Of a stretch of 50,268 nt of DNA, positions 1 to 11,446 are shown in pieces. The position numbers and the translations under genes are program-made. The DNA is taken from assembly GCF_001194135.2 (NCBI RefSeq), contig NC_069008.1, forward strand, positions 657,867 through 708,134. Direction: 5' to 3'. The DNA is from Octopus bimaculoides. Taxonomy: Eukaryota. The notes below the pieces were generated by a model. That model made no database searches. It saw only the letters and a program-made list of their open reading frames with translations, and had not been told where the DNA came from. The first letter of the stretch is position 1. Every line of letters starts with the position of its first letter.

Positions 1-150
1 AAGACCCTTTCTCAGTGTAGCTCCTTTTTAAAGACCCTTTCTCAGTGTAGCTCCTTTTTAAAGACCCTTTCTCAGTGTAGCTCCTTTTTAAAGACCCTTT
101 CTCAGTGTAGCTCCTTTTTAAAGACCCTTTCTCAGTGTAGCTCCTTTTTA
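1..150. repeat. 30-bp minisatellite, 5 identical units (AAGACCCTTTCTCAGTGTAGCTCCTTTTTA), open at the window edge
   Basis: Exact 30-nt periodicity read directly from positions 1-150. Confidence 0.97.
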
Positions 151-462
151 ACTGATATGTCTGGTCAACTCACTTTAATAGTTCTATCAGAATAAATTAT
201 TACCTCTCAGACAATGGTAATAAGACCAATCTCTGACTGCTCAGGTAAGTGTTTCTGCAAAATTTCTGTCATTCTTTCGCAAAGTGATTATAGATGTTCC
301 AATGAATTTATTGCCCTTTTTGGTTTTGTCTCCTTTAATATATATATATACAGCAGGCCCAAAAAAACCCATATTATTGGTTCCGTTTTTATCAATTTTT
401 AAATAATAACAAAATCTTCGCTAATTAATTTTTCATAAATTATTTTTCTTGTGAATTGTTTG

Positions 463-518
<56 letters not shown>

Positions 519-544
519 AATCTATACCATCTCAATCATTCCAG

Positions 545-586
545 CCACCATTCACATCAATTAACAGAAAGAAAACCATTGAAAAA
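545..586 (+). CDS. RPS6KB1: p70 S6 kinase (RPS6KB1/2 ortholog) internal exon, [14 protein letters not shown]
   Basis: CCAG acceptor (AG 543-544) and GTAAGT donor at 587; 42 nt, phase 0/0. Matches the S6K kinase-domain segment PPFTGENRKKTIDK. Earlier exons lie outside the window. Confidence 0.93.
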
Positions 587-855
587 GTAAGTTTTTTTAA
601 AATTCAAAAATATTTTTGTTGGTTTTGTTGCTGTCTGAGTGTGTATGTATGTAAATGTATATGCATACAAAGGAATCAGTTATTATTATTATTATTAGGT
701 GTATTATATTATTCTTATTAGATAAAGTATTAACAGAGGCAGGAGAAAGTTTATCGAAAGAGAAATAATAGTGGAATTTAAAAAAAATCAATCTATCTTA
801 AGATTATTGTAGGGTTAGGGTTAGGAATGAAAAGGTATAGAAATGAGGAATACCT

Positions 856-887
<32 letters not shown>

Positions 888-1528
888 TTACGTACAAACA
901 TACCCATAGACACATAGATATTACATGTGTTGAGAAGGGAGGATTATTGCAGCAGTTTCTATTTTACTTTTTATATAATTATAATATATATTCTCCTGGA
1001 GGAGATGTCCTCCTGGGGCTAAAAGCAACAGTAACATCCACCCCTAGGGGTCAGCCACACTTAAGTGGCAATATACTACACTTTATCGTGCAGTTACTGT
1101 TAATACTTCATTTAGAGAATTAACATTGATAATTATAATAATTATACACAAACGTATATATATATTCATAATACGATGCGATATATTTTTTATTGAGGGC
1201 TTTAGACAAAGGTCCACAGCGAGTGGGTGAGAGTTTATATTAATACCTGGGATATTAAGCGGTGGTGGTGGTGGTTTTTGCTTATTAAATCATCTCTGCT
1301 GTTGTTGCAATTTGTCGCCCATGAGTTCTCTCCCCTTGCCGCCTTGTGGAAAATTTTTTTATCCAATAAACAACGTAAACATGTTAGTTTCTGTTCAGAA
1401 CGAAGTTGAATTTCCGTTTTCTGATACCGTTTTCACTGCTTATATCCTAACCACGAAGTAATCAAGCTTTGAAATCGAACTTTGTTAAAACATAATATTG
1501 CATATTTAATGTTTCGTAATCTGTTTAA

Positions 1529-1937
1529 GGTAATCTTCCAGTTTCGGGAGGTAAAAAAGGTAAATAAAACTACAAGGGAAATAACTTAACGTCTTACTAG
1601 CATTATCCGTACTACTCTGAAATGTGATTTTTTTTTTAGCTGTTTATATATAAATCACACACGTGATTGAATATCATAGAACCGGCTGCACAACAACTTA
1701 CGGTAATCTTCCAGTATAGGGAAATAACGGTCAAACTAAAGCGTTTGACCCGAGCTCAAAAATAAAAAAATAAATTAGTGTAATAGGTGTAAAACAACTT
1801 GCTGGGAACGAATATGAAGAATGCGCGCTCGCGAACGGGTGGGGTGGGGAGAGTACGGATAATACTAGTAAGACCTTAAGTTATTTCCCTTGTATTTTTA
1901 TTTACTTTTTTTTACCTCCCGAAACTGGAAAATTACC
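1529..1937. mobile_element. MITE with ~85-bp terminal inverted repeats and a 9-bp target-site duplication (Mutator/MULE-like)
   Basis: Begins GGTAATCTTCCAGTTTCGGGAGG and ends CCTCCCGAAACTGGAAAATTACC. TCTGTTTAA occurs at both 1520-1528 and 1938-1946. No ORF. Confidence 0.85.
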
Positions 1938-1950
1938 TCTGTTTAAAACT

Positions 1951-1992
<42 letters not shown>

Positions 1993-2033
1993 TCTAATTA
2001 TATCTCTGCCTATTTTGAACTTTTTCTCTGCAG

Positions 2034-2099
2034 ATATTAAAGTGTAAATTAAATTTTCCTCCCTATTTGACAAACGAAGCGCGTAACCTTATCAAAAAG
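2034..2099 (+). CDS. RPS6KB1: p70 S6 kinase exon, [22 protein letters not shown]
   Basis: Polypyrimidine tract plus TGCAG acceptor, AAG|GTAAG donor. Near-identical to S6K1 [22 protein letters not shown]. Confidence 0.96.
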
Positions 2100-2332
2100 G
2101 TAAGAACTATTCTCCATATACTCTCTTCTGTGTGTGTGTGTGTGTTTATAGGCACAGGTATGGCTCTGTGGTTAAGGTCACTTCCCACCCTCATGGTTCT
2201 GAGTTCAGTCCCACTGTCATGTATACACACACACATGTACAAACTAAATATATATACTCCAAATACGTATGTTTGTGCATACATAGTCTGGTAATAGACA
2301 TGCTAAATGAATGTGTTTACAATGTATGTGTA

Positions 2333-2363
<31 letters not shown>

Positions 2364-2380
2364 CAGTTCTATATTTAAGA

Positions 2381-2548
2381 GATGAGGAAGTTAAAATAAT
2401 AGACAGGGAACAACACTGGAAAATACGAAAACTAAAAGAAGCAGCACATATGCTAGGACACAACAACCTCCTAAGCAGACCGAGTGCAGATATGAACAGC
2501 ATATGGGAACCGGTATTGAGGAAGGATAGAAAAATAATAGATTTATAA
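2381..2548 (+). mobile_element. Penelope-like element remnant: C-terminal end of GIY-YIG endonuclease
   Basis: DEEVKIIDREQHWKIRKLKEAAHMLGHNNLLSRPSADMNSIWEPVL* fits the PLE endonuclease tail pattern (KI+D+E..W..RK+KEA+.I...+NR....+..IW.P++), recognised by eye. Confidence 0.65.
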
Positions 2549-2577
2549 GCCTTAAAATTCACCCCATAATTGCCCAC

Positions 2578-2690
2578 GGGCATATGGCGTAGTGGTTAAG
2601 AGCGCGGGCTACTAACCCCAAGGTTCCGAGTTCGATTCACGGCAGCGACCTGATTAATAATAGTAATAATAATAATAATAATATAATAAT
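2578..2690 (+). mobile_element. tRNA-derived SINE head with (AAT)n tail
   Basis: A box TGGCGTAGTGG and B box GAGTTCGATTC. Acceptor stem does not close; runs directly into (AAT)n. Confidence 0.75.
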
Positions 2691-4331
2691 NNNNNNNNNN
2701 NNNNNNNNNNNNNNNNNNNNNNNNNNNNNNNNNNNNNNNNNNNNNNNNNNNNNNNNNNNNNNNNNNNNNNNNNNNNNNNNNNNNNNNNNNNNNNNNNNNN
2801 NNNNNNNNNNNNNNNNNNNNNNNNNNNNNNNNNNNNNNNNNNNNNNNNNNNNNNNNNNNNNNNNNNNNNNNNNNNNNNNNNNNNNNNNNNNNNNNNNNNN
2901 NNNNNNNNNNNNNNNNNNNNNNNNNNNNNNNNNNNNNNNNNNNNNNNNNNNNNNNNNNNNNNNNNNNNNNNNNNNNNNNNNNNNNNNNNNNNNNNNNNNN
3001 NNNNNNNNNNNNNNNNNNNNNNNNNNNNNNNNNNNNNNNNNNNNNNNNNNNNNNNNNNNNNNNNNNNNNNNNNNNNNNNNNNNNNNNNNNNNNNNNNNNN
3101 NNNNNNNNNNNNNNNNNNNNNNNNNNNNNNNNNNNNNNNNNNNNNNNNNNNNNNNNNNNNNNNNNNNNNNNNNNNNNNNNNNNNNNNNNNNNNNNNNNNN
3201 NNNNNNNNNNNNNNNNNNNNNNNNNNNNNNNNNNNNNNNNNNNNNNNNNNNNNNNNNNNNNNNNNNNNNNNNNNNNNNNNNNNNNNNNNNNNNNNNNNNN
3301 NNNNNNNNNNNNNTATATTCTACCTTTTACCTGTTTCAGTCATTTCCCTGTGGCCATGCTGGGGCACTACCTTGAATTTGTAGTCGAATGAATTGACCAC
3401 AGTACTTATTTATTTTATCGCTCTTTTTTGCTGAATCGCTAAGTTACGGGGAATATAAACACCAACACCATTTGTCAAGTGGTGATGGGGGGGGGCAAAT
3501 ACAGAAATACATGGATATACATACTCTTTTACTTGTTTCAGTCATTTGACTGCGGCCATGCTGGAGCACCGCCTTTAGTCTAGAAAATCGACACAAGGAC
3601 TTACTCTTTGTAAGCCTTGTACTTATTCTATCGGTCTCTTTTTGCTGAACTTCTAAGTTACACCTGTTTCGATATATGAGTTTATTGCATAACTTAAGAG
3701 ATGACATTATGTGAATTTGTATTGTTCCATAAGCAAAGTCACCAGTTAGACAATGTGAAGGGGAGATGAAAGTAGTAACTATGTGAAGATTTTCTAACTA
3801 GTTGCTTTGCTCGCTGCAAGATCAGTGACTGATTGTCACTTGATTTTTCTAGATATTGCAAGCCGGAGTGAATTCCCACCATCTCTAGCAGCCAGGTGTT
3901 CACCACTGAATATTGGCACAAATAGCCTCAAACCATTCAGTCTGGTGATCCTGTCACCTGCTAGAAGACGGTAAGAGTTCGCTCCCCTGCTTGCAATATA
4001 TACAGGGTGCAGACTGCATCAATAAGCAGCTGGAGGAGGGCTCTTCCTGGGGTTAAAAACACTAGTAATATCAAACACCCATATTGATTTGGTGCTAAAC
4101 ATTACTTGTTTTGTTACATAGCCACTCATTTCTTCAGGTGATATTTTGGCCGAATATTTGGTGGAATATTACCTGAGGAAATGGAAAGATTTTGTTTTAT
4201 TACAAAATATATTTACACACACTTTCTAAGAATAATGTTACCAGTCATTAACACTTCCACTTAACGAACACCTTGTTGTTGTACATAAATAATTGATCCT
4301 CTTATTCATAAGTAATTATCTGTTTGTCCAG

Positions 4332-4394
4332 CTCTTGAAGAAGAACCCAGAGGAACGGTTAGGAGGTGGCAAGGATGATTCACGGCCCATCAAG
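4332..4394 (+). CDS. RPS6KB1: p70 S6 kinase exon, [21 protein letters not shown] (kinase subdomain XI)
   Basis: TCCAG acceptor, AAG|GTTGGT donor, 63 nt phase 0/0. AGC-kinase LL..P..RLG motif continues the previous exon in frame. Confidence 0.93.
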
Positions 4395-5182
4395 GTTGGT
4401 CACTGAATTCTTGTTTTTAACTTTTTTTTTCTTTTTTTCTTTTGAGGTGAGGAGTTATTGCTACTGCTGTTGTTGTTGTTGTTGTTATTGTTGTTACTGC
4501 TGAAATTTAGCAGTTTACTTGAGTGAGGCTCAAGTGATTATATCAAAGCTCCCTCACTGGTTCATTTGGTCCCTATTTTAAAGATAGGAGGGAGTTTATT
4601 GATGAAGAGATTTGGTCGTTACATTGAGTAACAAGCAAATGGCTACATGGAAGCTCCCTCACTGGTTCATTTGGTCCCTGTTTTAAAGATAGGAGGGAGT
4701 TTGTTGCAGGAGAGATTTGGTTGTTGCCCCCTTGCTATTCTGCCACTCAGCCCAGTGTAACCCCCTTTTTACTCCCATTTCAGTCCTGTTTTAATTTCTC
4801 TCCTGCCACTCACCTTCTTGGAGGAGAGTCTTCTACTTTCACTTTGGTTTCGAAATATGACAGAAACAACAAATGAAAATGGTGACATGGGACTTGGCCT
4901 TTTGTATAGAGAAGTTCTCATCTTGGAAAAGTCTGCAAAATCGATTCGGAAAAATTATTGTTGTTGTTGTTGTTGTTCTTTTTACTGAATTTCTGTATTT
5001 CAATGTTGCTTCTTGTTCTCTTTATCCTACTCTTTTCTCTCTCTCTCTCCCTCCCCCTTTCTATGTGTGTGTGTGTATATATATATATATACACACATAC
5101 ACACACACACACATACATACACACACACACACATACACACACACACACATACACACACACACACATACAGCCATACATAGAC

Positions 5183-5226
<44 letters not shown>

Positions 5227-5908
5227 CCATCCACCTCTTCTTTTCTCCCCTCTCTCTTTCTATATATATATATGTATAGCTCTCTCTCTCTCACTCTCTC
5301 TCTCTCTCTAGCTGTTGAAGATAATTGGGGTTGCTGAGGCCAGTCCTATTAAGGTTGGTTGTGTGTGTAGCTGTGTGGCAGTATATGAATGTGTGTGTGT
5401 GTGTAGCCTTGTAGATGTGTGTGTAAGTGTTTAGCTTTATCATGGAATATGTGTACCTGTACAGCAGTATGTGTGTGTAGTTGTGTGTGTGTGTGCATGC
5501 ATGTATGTGGGAGGTGCATTCCAGATGTTTTGAGACTCTTTTAGGAGAGACATTTATTAACTTCAAAGAACTACAACCAAACCCTAAACTCCTTCAAATT
5601 AGGGTCCTCTCACTTCAATGTACTTGTCATTGCAATCCAGCCATTTCATGAAGGCCCCAGGGAAGTCCTCCAAACTTTATTGCATAGCAACCTTCCAAAT
5701 GGTCTTCACATCTCAGCCACATTCAAAGTGCTGTCACAGGTATCTCCTTCAATCTGGAAAACACAAAATGTGGCAGGTCAGCTTATTAGATGGATAGTGA
5801 TGATATACTGAATTTACAACAGCCTCGGGAAGTTATAAGTGCCTCTTCTGAAAAAGGTCTCCACCCTTATGATGTGCATCTGGTATGTCAGACAACTCTT
5901 TATGTTAA

Positions 5909-6127
5909 CCCCTTAGCATTCAGTGTAGTTTATCAAATGTACTCCTTATTTATCCAGATTTGGAAAAATGAATCCTACATTACCTTGTAGTTTCAAAATT
6001 TCGAAGATGTAATTGTTTATGTTTAGAATGACACTGTAGGGTAGGTGTGAAAAGCTGGATCTGGCCAGTTTCAGTGTAAAACAGGTTAATATTTGGGCTA
6101 GATACAGCCAGAATAAATGCTAAAGGG
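5909..6127. mobile_element. piggyBac-like MITE
   Basis: TTAA at 5905-5908 and 6128-6131. Ends CCCCTTAGCATT ... AATGCTAAAGGG form a 12-bp near-perfect inverted repeat. Confidence 0.75.
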
Positions 6128-6206
6128 TTAATGTGTGTGTGTGTGTGTGTGTGTGTGTCTGCCACCAGCACAGGTTTGCATAGCACAGTGTGTGTTTGTG
6201 TATATC

Positions 6207-6243
<37 letters not shown>

Positions 6244-7254
6244 TTATCACAGTAGTGGAGAGAGCAATGTTAATGTTGTAGATGCAGAAGAGTAGTGCAC
6301 AGAATGGCAGTGATGTAGTGGTTAGTCCAGTGCCATAACAGTGTGTTGCAGTGGTGTCGTAGCTAGATTTCCACCTCCACGTTCCACCTTCATGCACAAA
6401 CACGCACCAATAGACATGGGTTCAATCCCAATGCATGACACCTTGGGTAAGTGTTTTTCTAAAATAGTCACAGGTCAACAAAGGCCTAAATGCCTTATGA
6501 GTGAATTTAGTGAAGGAAACTGTGCAGAAGCCCCCTGTGCCTATCTGCCACAGCAGAATTGATACTTGTGTGAGTGGCACATAAAAAGGCACTCGTGCCA
6601 CTTGAAAAGTACAGGTTCTGGTGTCACATTAAAAAGCACTGGGGATGGTGCCACATAAAAAGCACCCAGTACACTCTGTGGAATGGTTGGCGTTGGGAAG
6701 GGCATTCAGCCTTAGTAACCATACCAGAACAGAAAACGGAGCCTGGTGGGGCCCCTGGCCTTACCAGTTCATGATGATGATGACGAAGCATCACACACGC
6801 ATCATACTTTATCCCCTTAACACCTGGCATAAAGCCACCTTCCTCTCTAAAATACTCCCACTGAGTCGACGAGGCTTTTTGTTATGCGAGCTATAAGGTG
6901 GTTTCACGTGTACAAGTGGCACGCAAAAAGCACCCAGTCCACCCTGGAAACCAGTTGGCATTAGGAAGGGTGTCCAGCTGTAGAAGCCATGTTTAAAAGA
7001 CACTAGGGCTCATCGGAGCCTGTCAAACAGCCTGAAACATCCCAGCATGCAGCACAGGCCACAAANNNNNNNNNNNNNNNNNNNNNNNNNNNNNNNNNNN
7101 NNNNNNNNNNNNNNNNNNNNNNNNNNNNNNNNNNNNNNNNNNNNNNNNNNNNNNNNNNNNNNNNNNNNNNNNNNNNNNNNNNNNNNNNNNNNNNNNNNNN
7201 NNNNNNNNNNNNNNNNNNNNNNNNNNNNNNNNNNNNNNNNNNNNNNATATATAT

Positions 7255-7457
7255 ATATATACACTGGAGTAAGCACATAAAATGTGCAACAAGGTGGAAA
7301 AAAAGAGTACTCAAATACCAGAGGTAGAGTAATATGCTTTATTCAAAAGCAGCAGAAATATAACAAAAGACTGTTACTCAGAGTTTCACGTTGCCATTCA
7401 TCGGACAGTTTTATTAGAAAAAAAAAGAAAACTGTCCGATGAACAGGAACGTGTAAC
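7255..7457 (-). mobile_element. Penelope-type pseudo-LTR remnant with a minimal hammerhead motif (7370-7409, minus strand), downstream AATAAA, and a second inverted partial copy (7431-7457, plus strand)
   Basis: Minus strand reads ACTGT-CCGATGA-ATG(GCAA)CGT-GAAA-CTC(T)GAG-TA-ACAGT. AATAAA follows (plus-strand TTTATT at 7338-7343), then (TA)n. Confidence 0.6.
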
Positions 7458-8369
7458 ATGCAGTGGGACTGAACCCAGAACCATGTGGCTGGGAAGCAAA
7501 CTTCTTACCACTCGGCCATAATAGTTTTTATGTCATGTAATAAAACCAGTTTTGCTTTCAACTGAAGGAGTACTCAATACATTTTGTAGAGTATATATTA
7601 TACTTTTATGAGAAGAACAGTGGCAGTTACATACACACACACACACATCTTTTACTCGTTACAGTCAATTGACTGTGGCCATGCTGGGGCATCACCTTAA
7701 AGGGTTCTTAGTTGGACAAATCAACCCCTGGGTTTATTTATTTATTTGTTTTTTTTTTTAACCTAGCACTTATTCTATCAGTCTCTTTTGCCAAACTGCT
7801 CTGTTGTGGGACTTAAACACACCTGCATGGGTTGTCAAGCAGTGGTAGGGGACAAACACACACACACACACACACACACTCAATGTCTTAAAAGTGAAAA
7901 TATCAGGTTTAACAAGAAACTCACCAAAATTCCTGGGGCTGATTCTCTGATTTTCGAGTTAGAGGACAAAATCTGGAAATAGGTGGTGGAAGTGGATGGG
8001 TGGGGTGGTATTTAACGAGTTTCACATTTTATAATTGTTTTCTGTTAATTTGTTTCTTGTCAGCCTGGAATTTGACTCTGTATATTATTTCTTTAACCAG
8101 ACAATTGTCTTGGAATGCTTTCTTACCAAATTTCTGTGGTTTCAATTGAATTTGAAAAAAAACAAGTAACGTATTTTCTAAATTAAGTTTGTCATTAATT
8201 AATTTTGTGTTTTTGGAACATAAATTAACATGAAATTTTGATGGAAAGTTTTCACTTTTTTTTTGAAACTTTGTGTCCTAAATCCAGTTGTAATGTCATA
8301 CAGGTTGGTATGGAAAGGAACTGTTTTTGTTTTGTCTTTTATTCAAACTCTTACATGCAGGTTTCTAAT

Positions 8370-9990
8370 CAGGTTGATGGAATCACGTTGCCCAGGTAGG
8401 TTTCCGTTGGTGGTGTCTTCAAAGGATTCTTGATTCACACAAATTTGCGTCCCTCCTGGTCCACCTTGGTTTTCTTGGAGGGGGTTCTTAAATCTGCATT
8501 TGTTGCCTCCTCATACACTCTGGTCATCATTTGTTGGACTATGAAAGGGGCACAATGTCATTGGTATAGACCAGGTTTGTTAGGTGTCTACCCACAGTCC
8601 ACTGCATTCTTGCAAACAGCCCGTTTCTGGCTCACCACAAGACAAAGCCTAAAACTAGAAGAAACAGCAGAGATGACAGGAGACAACCTTGTCTCACTCC
8701 TGTGATGATGATGATGATGGCGAATTCTGTTCCCTCTTTCAGTTCTCACACTGCAGCTTGAGTTGGTTGGTATACAGACCCTTAAGGAAGGAGGTATAGC
8801 AAATGCCTTGCCAATGCAGCCCAGCATTTCTCTTGTAAAGGTTTTTTTTTAAATTGATTCAATGACCAGTGGTGGCTGGAATTCTATGCATTTCTTGACA
8901 GTTTTGCAGTACAAAGATCTGTCTGATGCATGGTCTTCCAGCCTGGAATCCTGCTTGCTCTTCTTTGAATTGTTCATCCAGTGCTTCCTTCAAACATTGT
9001 AGCAGGACAGCAGAAGACGCTGCCGGACGCCAACATCAAAAGGTGAAGTTGCTGGAGTTGTTGAGTTTACCTTTCTTTGACAGCTACGACACTCGTTATC
9101 TACTCTTCTGGTTCTGCTCTGTTTTCCCAACAGGTGTTACACAATTTGGTTAGCTCTTGTATCTTGGCAGCATTTCCTCCATCCATTCTTTAGTAGTTCA
9201 TTTTGGAGATATAATCCAATCCTGGGGTTTCAAATGTCAGAGCCTGGATGACTTCATCTCCACCAATAGGTACTGTAATGTCACCTGGTTAGCTTCTGCA
9301 ATGGTACCAGATGATTCAAGCTCTTTCAGAGCTCCTCCATTTTTTTTGTCTTTCACCAACTCTGGACCATTCAAATCTTGCACTTCATGATAAGTGTCCT
9401 CCTGGTGGCATTTCTATTTGCTCTTTCCTCGCCTTCACCTATCTTCCTTTCCTATCCATGTCTTCTTATCTCTCCTGCAGCCTTTTTCTTTCCAATACTT
9501 CAGCAACTTTCCAGTTTTTTGTGACCATTTGACAACCTTGTTTAATTTTTACCCAATCTTTTCTCCTCCTCATTTCTTTCTTCTCATCAATAAATTTCCA
9601 AGTTTTAGCTCTCATCCATCTTTCCCTTTCACTGCCTCATTTACTTCTGATGACAATTGTTTGGCACTAAACCACTTTTTGAAAAACGCTCCATTGTTCC
9701 TCCAGACTGTTCATTCCTTGAAAGAACATAGTTAAATCTTTTCTTAACCTTTCTTGTGGTCACTCTTAAACCATCATCCCTGTAAATTCCTCCTTTTTTT
9801 AGAAGTTCCTTTTGCCTGTTGAAGTTTGTATTGGGGCCCTCTTTCACTCTTTCTACTGCAAATGGTCAATCTACTTCTTTCTTTCTTACCTTTTCTCCAG
9901 TTTCATTTGCAGTCCAAACAAGATGATGGTCTGATTGTACATCTGCATCTTTTACAGCAAGGCTTGCTAACCTTCGACCTCCTTCCATTG
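8370..9990 (-). mobile_element. Degenerate RTE-clade LINE ORF2 (end of APE endonuclease plus reverse transcriptase), frameshifted
   Basis: Minus-strand fragments DADVQSDHHLV (APE SDH motif), DEVIQAL..PGLD, LDEQFKEEQAGFQAGRPCIRQIFVL, GVRQGCLLSSLLFLLVL, LTNLVYTNDIV (decayed YADD) and YLGNVI. Confidence 0.85.
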
Positions 9991-11387
9991 AAACTTCTAC
10001 ATCTGTGATTTCTGGTAATGTGTCAAGACACTAAATTTAGGAATTCCCAATTGAAATTAGATTTTCCAAGTGTAAAGTTTGCTTCAGCCATTGACAAATA
10101 AGAAATATGGTTAAGTTTATTTGAAAACAAATAATTCTGAGATTTGGTTGTCCTGTGCCAAACCCAGAAGTTCACAGTTTCCATCAGGGCAACACAATGC
10201 AACAGGGGCAATCCCAGAATTATAGCAGCCTTCCTTACAAACAAATTGAAAGCAGCCATGAACAACAGGAAGGAACTACATGGGGCAGACTGCTTATCAT
10301 AGCAACACCAGTCTGTCCTGTTTTTGTTCCCAACTTTGACCCTCCATGAATCCCAAATTTTATTTTGGTACTTATGGGAGCAACTGTCTTTGATGACTCA
10401 CATTGTTGTTCAATGCTTGAAATGAGGAGTAGGACACACAGCCAAATCTGATGAAGGGTCATTCTTTTTTTCTATGTTACTTGTCCTGTTTTCCATTTCT
10501 TTATCTCGTTGCTGTATATTGAACTCATTTGTTTTTGTAACTCATTTGTTTTTGTTTTTTCTCTTCAATTATTTTCCCTTTTTATTCTTGTTATTTTCGT
10601 TGTTGTTTTTTAAACATAATTCCTCTCAGCTTCCATCTTTCCAGTAAATTCGATTGCTGTTGTTCTTCTTCTTGCTGCTGTTGTTGTTGTCATTATATTT
10701 CCACTCCTGTTTTTATTTCGTGTCTCGCCAGTTTCTAAACTACTCCACATCTAACTCAGATATGACAACTGCCTGCTTAACAATTTAGCTTCGCAAATTC
10801 TGTGGTTTCAGGTTCGTCCCCGATGTTCGGCACCTGGGGCAAGTGTCTAGTATCGTAACTTCAAATCAACTAAGCTCTGGGAATGGAATTTGGTAAACAG
10901 AAACTGAATGGAACCGTATTGGATGGTTGACTTAACACGTGACTCTCTTTAACGCAGACTTCCTGGTCGTTAGGTCTCGTTTGCGGACTTGACTATGTGA
11001 CGAGCATCCGGTCCAGGTCTCTGATGGTAGATACCTACTTCCCTGTCCACACCAAGGCCCAGCAGTTATACCATTTTTTATTTATGAACCCTTTTGGTAA
11101 CGATTTTACTATTATGGACCCCCACCCCCAGTCAGTTCTTTTATAATTAGATCATATGAATTTTATAGAAATAATTGTTAAAATATTTTGTGTGTTGTAG
11201 GAATTTAACCAATTTATTGCAAATTAAGTTTAATGACAAAATCTTACATGGACCCCCGTGGGTTATATAGACCCCGTTTGAAAACCACAGAGTTACCCCC
11301 TTCTTTCTTTGACGCTGTTCATTGTTTATTCAGTGGAGAAGGATGTGACCTTGACCCCCTTTACGGCGCTTCAAAGATTGAGAGGAG

Positions 11388-11446
<59 letters not shown>

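Noticed and set aside
211-250. Perfect donor CAG|GTAAGT at 244/245 with an upstream AG
   Set aside because: The enclosed sequence does not encode S6K-like peptide in any frame and the conserved protein does not need it; no support beyond the splice motif.
810-825. TTAGGG telomere-like repeats
   Set aside because: Fewer than three units; no evidence of an interstitial telomere or fusion site.
2578-2655. Possible tRNA gene (apparent ACT anticodon)
   Set aside because: The acceptor stem does not pair, the T-arm is imperfect and it runs into (AAT)n; a SINE head, not a tRNA.
9641-9847. ORF containing YRDDGL, resembling a Penelope RT active site
   Set aside because: It lies in an alternative frame between the APE SDH motif and the RT of the RTE remnant, with no other PLE motifs around it; coincidental.
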